Shown here: positions 57,624 to 64,000 of the stretch, piece after piece
Layout of the letters: the number at the start of each line of letters is the position of its first letter
Numbering within the stretch: the first letter of the stretch is position 1
Source of the DNA: Planctomycetota bacterium
GTDB taxonomy: Bacteria > Planctomycetota > UBA1135 > UBA2386
Reading direction: 5' to 3'
NCBI GenBank assembly: GCA_965228735.1
Contig: OZ245838.1
Span: 3,872,001-3,936,000 of the forward strand
Length of the DNA stretch: 64,000 nt
Program-made: the position numbers and the translations under genes
Notes under the pieces: generated by a model
Seen by the model: only the letters and a program-made list of their open reading frames with translations
Database searches by the model: none
What the model was told of the DNA's origin: nothing

Positions 57624-58958
57624 TCAGGACGCCTTGAGCTGCTCGACCTTCTCCGTGACGTCACGGAAGCCGATATCGGTCTCCAGAATGCGCGTGAAGT
57701 GCTGCATCGCCTCGTCGCGACGGCCGGCCGCTGCACAGATCTCGCCCATCTCGTAGAGCACCTCGAGCGCCCGATTACCCGAGCTGACGGCCTCGAGGGC
57801 CTTCTCGAACTGGCCCAGGGCAAGGTCCGGCAAGTCCTTTTTCTGAAAGGCCTTACCGAGCAAGAACAGGGCCTCGGCCTTGCGCCGCGGGTCCTTGACG
57901 GCCTGCTGCAGCTCCTTGACGGCCGCATCGGTCTCGCCGGCATCGAGCAGGCAGCTGCCGAGCTCGAAGCGGGCCGCGGTGTCGGACGGGTTGCGGTCCA
58001 GCCGGCGGCGCGCCTCGTCGACCTTCATGCCCGCCAGGGCCTCGCGCGCCCGCGCGGCGGCCGCCTCGTCGCCGCGCTTCTGCGCCTTGTCGACCATCTG
58101 CTGCTGCAGCCGGATGCGCAGATCGCTCGCGTGCGCCGCGAGGTCCGCGTCACCGGGCTCGAGCTGCGCCAGCCGATCGAGCAGATCGAGCGCCCCGGCC
58201 AGGTCCTTCGCCATCTCGCGCAGCTTGGCGATGCGGCGCAGCAGCTGCCGGTCGTCCGGGCTGTCCGGCAGCCTGGCCTCGAGCTCCTCGAGCTCCTGGT
58301 CGATCTCCTCGGCGGAGAGCTGCAGCCGTTCTTCGCGTTCGAGCTGCCGCTGCTGCTCCTTGTCCTTGATGAGCTCGCGCGAGCTCTTCGCCTTGTCGAT
58401 GCCCGTCGACGCGAGCGCGCCCTCGGCCGCGAGGTTCTTGCGCGCCTTCAGCGACTCCTGATCGCGCGGATCGACCTTGAGCGCCTGCTCGTACATCGCG
58501 AGCGCCTCGTTGACCTTGCCGTGCTCGTAGAACAGTCGGCCCGCGGCGCGGCACGCCGGCAGGCAGCGCGGCTCGGCCTCCGCGTAGGCCTCGTAGACCG
58601 CGAGCGCCGACTTGGTGAGGCCGGCGCGCTCGAGCGAGTCGCCGAGCTTGAGGTTGATGCCCTCGCTGAGCGGGTCGTGGGCGAGGTAGCGCTCGAAGCT
58701 CTTGGTGGCGCTGGCGTGCTGCCCGATGAGGCGCATCAACGTGCCGAACAGCAGCGGCAGCCCGCCGATCAGGATCGCCGTGAGCTTGCTGCTGCCCTTG
58801 TGCTTGACCTTGTCGAACAGGGCACGACGAAGCCCCGCACGGGCCTCGCCGAAGTCGGGCTGCAGCTGCAGCACCTGGCCGTAGATCTTGATGGCGAGCG
58901 CATGGTTGCGGCGCTTGACCGCATCCTTCGCGTTCTCGAGGTGCTTGCTGAGGTCCAT
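57624..58958 (-). CDS. Tetratricopeptide-repeat protein
   Basis: Multiple TPR helix pairs; C-terminal LYEMG...F..ILETDIGFRDV. Confidence 0.8.
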   Translation of the reverse strand: MDLSKHLENAKDAVKRRNHALAIKIYGQVLQLQPDFGEARAGLRRALFDKVKHKGSSKLTAILIGGLPLLFGTLMRLIGQHASATKSFERYLAHDPLSEGINLKLGDSLERAGLTKSALAVYEAYAEAEPRCLPACRAAGRLFYEHGKVNEALAMYEQALKVDPRDQESLKARKNLAAEGALASTGIDKAKSSRELIKDKEQQRQLEREERLQLSAEEIDQELEELEARLPDSPDDRQLLRRIAKLREMAKDLAGALDLLDRLAQLEPGDADLAAHASDLRIRLQQQMVDKAQKRGDEAAAARAREALAGMKVDEARRRLDRNPSDTAARFELGSCLLDAGETDAAVKELQQAVKDPRRKAEALFLLGKAFQKKDLPDLALGQFEKALEAVSSGNRALEVLYEMGEICAAAGRRDEAMQHFTRILETDIGFRDVTEKVEQLKAS

Positions 58959-59088
58959 GCCAGTGCGAGGTCAGGCGGGCGCCGGCTCCGGGCCTTCGAG
59001 GAAGCCTTGACGCCGGCGGAGGGGGCGAGGACTCTAACCCTGGCCCGATCCGGTGGCAACCAGAGCGGCCTCGACCCACGACAAGCGC

Positions 59089-59604
59089 ATGGAAATCCGC
59101 GTCTACCCCGACCCAGTCCTCCGCCGCGGCGGTCAGACCGTCACGGACTTCGGCCCCGAGCTCAAGGCGACCGCCGACGCCATGATGGCGGCGATGTACG
59201 AAGAGGGCGGCGTCGGCCTCGCCGCGCCGCAGGTCGGCATCGAGCAGAAGCTGCTCGTGCTCAACCCGACCGGCAGCAAGGACGACACGAGCGGCGAGCT
59301 CGTGCTGCTCAACCCGAAGATCACGCGCAAGAAGGGGCGGGAGTTCGGCGACGAGGGATGCCTCTCGTTCCCCGGCATCCAGGCCGAGGTCGAACGCTCG
59401 ATCAAGATCACCGTGACCTACACGGACCTCGACGGCCAGGAGCAGACGCTGTCGGCCGAGGGGTGGCTCGCGCGCATCATCCAGCACGAGCTCGACCACC
59501 TCGAGGGCGTGCTGTTCGTCGATCGGCTGACGCCGGTCGACAAGCTGCGCGTCAAGCCGCAGCTGACCGAGCTCGAGGAGCGCTACAGCTCCCGGGCGTC
59601 GTAG
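59089..59604 (+). CDS. def: Peptide deformylase
   Basis: YPDPVLR, GVGLAAPQVG, EGCLS, QHELDHLEG. Confidence 0.96.
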   Translation: MEIRVYPDPVLRRGGQTVTDFGPELKATADAMMAAMYEEGGVGLAAPQVGIEQKLLVLNPTGSKDDTSGELVLLNPKITRKKGREFGDEGCLSFPGIQAEVERSIKITVTYTDLDGQEQTLSAEGWLARIIQHELDHLEGVLFVDRLTPVDKLRVKPQLTELEERYSSRAS

Positions 59605-59614
59605 CGGAGCGCCC

Positions 59615-60562
59615 GTGCCGCTGATCGAGGGGCTCGACGCGCTGCTGTCGCTGGACCTCGAGGCGCGCTACGGCAGCGGCACGGCGGCGCGGTCCGTCGT
59701 CGCCGTCGGCGTCTTCGACGGCGTGCACCTCGGCCACCAGCGACTGCTGCATCAGCTGCTCGAGATGGCCTCCGCGCTCGACGCGACGCCGACGGTCGTC
59801 ACGTTCACCAACCACCCGGACCAGGTGCTGCATGGCGAGGCGCCGCCGTTGATCGTCAGCGTCCCGCATCGCCTCCGGCTGCTGCGCCGCGCGGGCGTGC
59901 GCCGAGTCGCCTTGCTCACGTTCGAGGAGCGGCTGCGGGCGATGCCGGCGCGCGAGTTCGCCGAACGCGTGCTGCAGCGGAGCCTGCGCGCGCGCGGACT
60001 GCTGCTCGGCTACGACTCCGCGATGGGGAAGAACCGCGAAGGCACGCCGCAGCGCTTCCGCGAGCTCGGCGCCGAGTTCGGCTTCGAGGTGCGCACCGGG
60101 TCACCGTTCGACGTCGATAGCGAGCCGGTGTCGTCGACGCGGATCCGCAACGCGATCCAGGCCGGCGAGCTCGACCTGGCGCAACGCTTCCTCGGCCGCT
60201 TCCCCGGCGCGTTCGGCAAGGTCGTCCACGGCCACGGTCGCGGCCGCGGGCTCGGCTTCCCGACCGCCAACGTCGCGGTGCAGACCGCCGTGCTGCCTCC
60301 CGACGGCGTCTACGCGGTCGAGGCGGTCCTCGACGGCAGCGTGCATCCCGCGGTCGCCAATCTCGGTCCGAGCCCGACGTTCGAGGGCGAACGCGCCCTC
60401 GAGGTCCACCTGCTCGATTTCACGGGCGACCTCTACGACCGCGAACTCGAGGTGCAGTTCCGCCGCCACCTGCGCCCGGTGCAGAAGTTCACCGACGCGG
60501 CCGCCCTGCGCACCCAGATCGAGCACGATGTGGCCGCCGCGCGCGACTGCCTGACAGCCTGA
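59615..60562 (+). CDS. ribF: Bifunctional riboflavin kinase / FAD synthetase
   Basis: GVFDGVHLGHQ, VSSTRIR, GRGLGFPTAN, LEVHLLDF. Confidence 0.95.
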   Translation: MPLIEGLDALLSLDLEARYGSGTAARSVVAVGVFDGVHLGHQRLLHQLLEMASALDATPTVVTFTNHPDQVLHGEAPPLIVSVPHRLRLLRRAGVRRVALLTFEERLRAMPAREFAERVLQRSLRARGLLLGYDSAMGKNREGTPQRFRELGAEFGFEVRTGSPFDVDSEPVSSTRIRNAIQAGELDLAQRFLGRFPGAFGKVVHGHGRGRGLGFPTANVAVQTAVLPPDGVYAVEAVLDGSVHPAVANLGPSPTFEGERALEVHLLDFTGDLYDRELEVQFRRHLRPVQKFTDAAALRTQIEHDVAAARDCLTA

Positions 60563-60566
60563 CTCC

Positions 60567-60641
60567 GGCGTACGGTACCCGGTTCACGCTGCCGGGCCGG
60601 CAGCGTGAACCAGGTACCGTACGCCAAGGTACCGTACGCCA
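60567..60641. repeat. REP-like family B, 28-bp hairpin plus 15-bp direct duplication
   Basis: 60567-60594 pairs with 60598-60625 (one mismatch, loop GGC); AGGTACCGTACGCCA repeated at 60612 and 60627; between convergent ribF and cfa. Confidence 0.8.
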
Positions 60642-60675
60642 ACCTGACAGCTTGAACATACCGAACCCGGGATGT

Positions 60676-61998
60676 TCACTTCTCGAAGCGGAGGTGGCAG
60701 ACGCTGATGTGGCGTTCGCGGAAGCCGGCTTCGCAGTAGGCGAAGTAGAACGACCAGGCGCGGAGGAGTTCGTCGCCCGCGTCGCGGCCGCCCGCCAGGG
60801 TGGCCACCTCGTCGCGCTTCGTCTGCCACGTCTCGCGCCAGCGCTGCAGCGTGTCCGCGTAGTGCAGGCCGAAGTCCTCGAGGCGGGTCAGGCGCAGGTC
60901 GGTGTGGCGCGTCGCCGCGGCCGTGATGGCCGAGACCGACGGGATGAAGCTGCCAGGGAAGACGTGACGCTTGATGTAGTCGACGTGGCGCAGCGCGGAC
61001 TCGTAGTGCTGGTCGCGGATCGTGATCGCCTGCAGCCCGAGGACGCCGCCGCGGCGCAGGCGCGCGTCACAGGTCTTCAGGTACTCCGGCAGATACTGCG
61101 CGCCGACGGCTTCGATCATCTCGCACGAGATCAGCTTGTCGAACGTGCCGCCCAGCTCGCGGTAGTCGCGTTGCAACGCCGCCACGCGATCGGTCAGTCC
61201 GGCGGCAGCCACGCGCCGCCGCGCCGTCTCGAACTGGTTGCTCGAGATCGTCGTCGTCGTCACGTGCGCGTCGAACTCGGCGGCGGCGGTGATCGCGAGG
61301 CTGCCCCAGCCGGTGCCGATCTCGAGGAGGCGCTCGCCGGGCGCCAGATCGACGAGCCGGCAGAGTCGGCGCAGCTTGTGCCGTTGCGCGTCCTCGAGCG
61401 ACTGGTTCGGTGATTCGAACCACGCCGACGAGTAGGTCATCGTCGGATCGAGGAACAGCTCGAACAGCTCGTCGCTGAGATCGTAGTGCGCCGCGATGTT
61501 GCGCTTGCTGCCGATCTGACTGTTGCGTCGCAGGGCGTGACCGAGGCGCAGCAGCCACTGTCGCGGCGTGCTCCACAGCGAGCGGTCGACGTCGAGCAAC
61601 ACCTCGCGGTCGCGTACGAGCAGCCGCAGAACGGTGACGAGGTCGTCGGTATCCCAGGCCCCGCCGACGAACGCCTCGCCCGCGCCGATCGCGCCCGAGG
61701 TCGCGAGCGCGGAATAGAACGCCGGGTCCCGGATCCAGATCCTGGCGCAACCGAGCGGGCCCGCCGCATCGCCGAAGCGCGCCGTGCCCGCGAAGTCGTG
61801 GATCTCGAGCGCGCCGCTCCGCAGCTGCCGAAGGCGCGCGTGAATGCGCTCCCGCAGCACGCGCTGCCACCAGCTGGCGCGGGCAGCGGATGGCGCCCGC
61901 CAACGCTCGGTCGGGCGCGAGATCGGCGCCGGTGCCGGTCGCGCCGCGCCGCGACGCTGCGGTCGACCGGCCGGAGAAACGAGGATGGGGGCGGTCAT
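60676..61998 (-). CDS. cfa: Cyclopropane-fatty-acyl-phospholipid synthase family SAM methyltransferase (UfaM/CfaS-like)
   Basis: NIAAHYDLS..LFLDPTMTYSSA, LEIGTGWG, EMIEAVG, YFAYCEAGF; ATG overlaps the upstream stop. Confidence 0.9.
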   Translation of the reverse strand: MTAPILVSPAGRPQRRGAARPAPAPISRPTERWRAPSAARASWWQRVLRERIHARLRQLRSGALEIHDFAGTARFGDAAGPLGCARIWIRDPAFYSALATSGAIGAGEAFVGGAWDTDDLVTVLRLLVRDREVLLDVDRSLWSTPRQWLLRLGHALRRNSQIGSKRNIAAHYDLSDELFELFLDPTMTYSSAWFESPNQSLEDAQRHKLRRLCRLVDLAPGERLLEIGTGWGSLAITAAAEFDAHVTTTTISSNQFETARRRVAAAGLTDRVAALQRDYRELGGTFDKLISCEMIEAVGAQYLPEYLKTCDARLRRGGVLGLQAITIRDQHYESALRHVDYIKRHVFPGSFIPSVSAITAAATRHTDLRLTRLEDFGLHYADTLQRWRETWQTKRDEVATLAGGRDAGDELLRAWSFYFAYCEAGFRERHISVCHLRFEK

Positions 61999-62849
61999 GT
62001 GCTTGCGCGCGCCTTCTGGGGATGGGCGTAGAACGGCGCCCGCCGCAGCCAGAGCCGCGCCGCGTGCCAATAGATGCCGGCAATGATCTTCAGGCTCAGC
62101 CACGGGTGCCGAACGAACGCGCGCGCGAGCGCACCCGTTGACCACGGCTGCCGCGTCATGACTAGCGTCGCATCGAACGCCTTGCCGTCCTCGCCGTGGT
62201 TCTCCATGTGCACCGCGAGCCGGTCACCCGGCGGCGAGAACCGCCAGCGATACTCGTGCTCCATCGGCTGGAACGGACTCACGTGGAACGCCTTGTCGAA
62301 CGTGCGCCGCAGCCGTCCGCGTTCGTCCCGTGCCACGACGTAGTGATGTCGCTCCCCCCACGGCGTGTTCGTGATCTCCGCGAGGACCGCGACCGGCCGT
62401 TCCTCCGCATCGCGGTCGAAGCAGTAGTAGAACGTGACCGGGTTGAACGAGTAGCCGAAGCACCGCAGGCCGGTGAGCATGCGCACCGCCCCGGTCGGCC
62501 GCGCGCCCGTCGCCCGTTCGACCGCGTCCTTCACCGCGTCCCCGAGGGGCTGCGCGGGATCGCCGAAGTAGTCCGCGCGGCGGAAGCGCATCGGCGCCGG
62601 CCGCTTCGCCGACCAGAACCACCGCCCGGCGAACGCCGCGTCGATCTCGTCGACGTCGAGATAGACGTAGGCCAGCCGCACGGCAAAGCCGTGATCCACC
62701 GCGTCGAATCGGCGGTGTCGCACGGTTCCGAAGTAGACGCCGCTATGCCGGACGGCACCGTTCTCGACAGCACCGTTCTCGACGGCGCCGCTCTCGACGG
62801 GGCTGCTCGGAACGACACCGCGTCCGACCTCGTTCGCCGCCACGCTCAT
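61995..62849 (-). CDS. DUF1365 family protein (UfaO-like)
   Basis: GTVRHRRF, FGYSFNPVTFYYC, EITNTPWGERHHY, KAFHVSPF, IYWHAARLW. Confidence 0.9.
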   Translation of the reverse strand: MSVAANEVGRGVVPSSPVESGAVENGAVENGAVRHSGVYFGTVRHRRFDAVDHGFAVRLAYVYLDVDEIDAAFAGRWFWSAKRPAPMRFRRADYFGDPAQPLGDAVKDAVERATGARPTGAVRMLTGLRCFGYSFNPVTFYYCFDRDAEERPVAVLAEITNTPWGERHHYVVARDERGRLRRTFDKAFHVSPFQPMEHEYRWRFSPPGDRLAVHMENHGEDGKAFDATLVMTRQPWSTGALARAFVRHPWLSLKIIAGIYWHAARLWLRRAPFYAHPQKARAST

Positions 62850-64000
62850 GCGACGACGAGCTCCGGCACGGTCTTAGGGCCCACACCGCTGTCGATGCCG
62901 AACGCACGCGCGACGCGCAGCGCTGCCTTGACGCCGTCCTCGTGAAAGCCGAACCCGCACCACGCGCCACAGAACCACACGCGGTTGCTGCCGCTGACGG
63001 CGTCGAGTCGCCCCTGCGCCGCGACACCGGCTGCGTCGAACACCGGATGGTGATACTCGAAGCGCTGCACGATCTTCTGCGGATCGATCGCGTCGGTGCT
63101 GTTCAGGCTCACGAGATAGCGCTCGTCGGTTCGCAGCCCCATCAGCGTGTTCATGTCGTAGGTCACCGTCGCGCAATCCGCCTCTGACTTCGGCAACCGG
63201 TAGTTCCACGCCGACCACGCAGCGCGGCGCTCGGGCAACTGCCGTTCGTCGGTGTGCAGGACCACGTCGTTGGGCTGGTACGGGATCGCCGCGAGCAGCT
63301 CGCGTTCGGCCGGGCTGGGATCGACGAGCATCCGCAGCGCGGTGTCGCTGTGCGTCGCGAGCACCGCGTGATCGAAGCGCTCGGGCTCGCGCCCCATGAC
63401 ACGAACGTCGACCCCGGCCGCGGCGCGCTCGACCGCGACGACCGGCGACCGCAGCCGGATGCGATCCGCGAACGTCCGGGTCAGCGGTTCGAGGTATTCG
63501 CGCGAACCGCCGACGACCGTGTACCACTGCGGCCGGCCGCGGACCTGCAGCATCCCGTGGTTCTTGAAGAAGCGCACGAAGAAGCGGGCCGGCATGGCGG
63601 CGAGCGCCTCGGGTCGAGCCGACCAGATCGCGGCCATCATTGGCACGAGGTACCACTCGGCGAACGCCGACCCGAGCCTGGCCCGTTCGAGCACCTCCGC
63701 GAGCGTGAGGTCGGTGTCCTCGAACGACTCGGCCAGATCGTGAAAGCGCAGGATGTCGCGCACCATCCGCAGGAAGCGCGGCCGCAGCAGGTTGCGCTTC
63801 TGGGCGAACAGCCCGCGCAGGCCCGTGCCGCAGTATTCGAGGCCAGTGCGCTCACAGTGCACCGAGAAACTCATCGTCGACGGCCGCAACGCGACGCCGA
63901 GGCGCGCGAGCAACGCGAAGAACTCGGGATACGTTCGGTCGTTGCAGACGATGAACCCCGTGTCGACCGCGACCGACTCGGACCCGCCGCCGGCCTTCTT
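62846..64000 (-). CDS. FAD-dependent oxidoreductase (UfaD/RSP1091-like), 5' end outside the window
   Basis: Frame open to the window edge: VDTGFIVCNDRTYP, PMMAAIWS, FFKNHGML, AAWSAWNY, YHHPVF, FCGAWCGFGFHEDG. Confidence 0.9.
   Translation of the reverse strand, partial: KKAGGGSESVAVDTGFIVCNDRTYPEFFALLARLGVALRPSTMSFSVHCERTGLEYCGTGLRGLFAQKRNLLRPRFLRMVRDILRFHDLAESFEDTDLTLAEVLERARLGSAFAEWYLVPMMAAIWSARPEALAAMPARFFVRFFKNHGMLQVRGRPQWYTVVGGSREYLEPLTRTFADRIRLRSPVVAVERAAAGVDVRVMGREPERFDHAVLATHSDTALRMLVDPSPAERELLAAIPYQPNDVVLHTDERQLPERRAAWSAWNYRLPKSEADCATVTYDMNTLMGLRTDERYLVSLNSTDAIDPQKIVQRFEYHHPVFDAAGVAAQGRLDAVSGSNRVWFCGAWCGFGFHEDGVKAALRVARAFGIDSGVGPKTVPELVVA

Overview
This is a high-GC (roughly 70% by eye) bacterial chromosome segment with about 60 protein-coding genes. 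I found no rRNA, tRNA, CRISPR array, transposase or prophage. The gene repertoire (sulfatase, two prenyltransferase/squalene-oxidase-repeat paralogs, DUF4388, HDOD pair, secreted Kelch protein) suggests an uncultured Planctomycetota lineage; this is an inference. The left third is rich in light, oxidative and DNA-damage genes (cryptochrome-DASH, Nei, AlkD-like, EgtB, bacterioferritin, Dps). The right part holds housekeeping genes (rpsT, def, ribF, flagellin), an NsrR/truncated-globin module and a furan/cyclopropane fatty-acid operon. The main hidden features are: (1) a selenoprotein missed by the ORF track (11346-12089), with in-frame TGA in FLRHLG-U-IFT, a candidate bSECIS hairpin and a fused DUF6435-like tail; (2) an identical GCATCC-N16-CGAA ECF-type promoter in front of both that operon and the nei-cryptochrome operon; (3) a PhnD-like gene coupled to egtB whose apparent N-terminus has no canonical start codon and lies in frame behind an amber stop; (4) pervasive leaderless -10/N6/ATG gene starts; (5) a shared two-Cys C-terminal domain on unrelated secreted proteins; and (6) two families of REP-like palindromes plus a structured helicase leader. 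All family assignments come from motif recognition by eye, not database searches.
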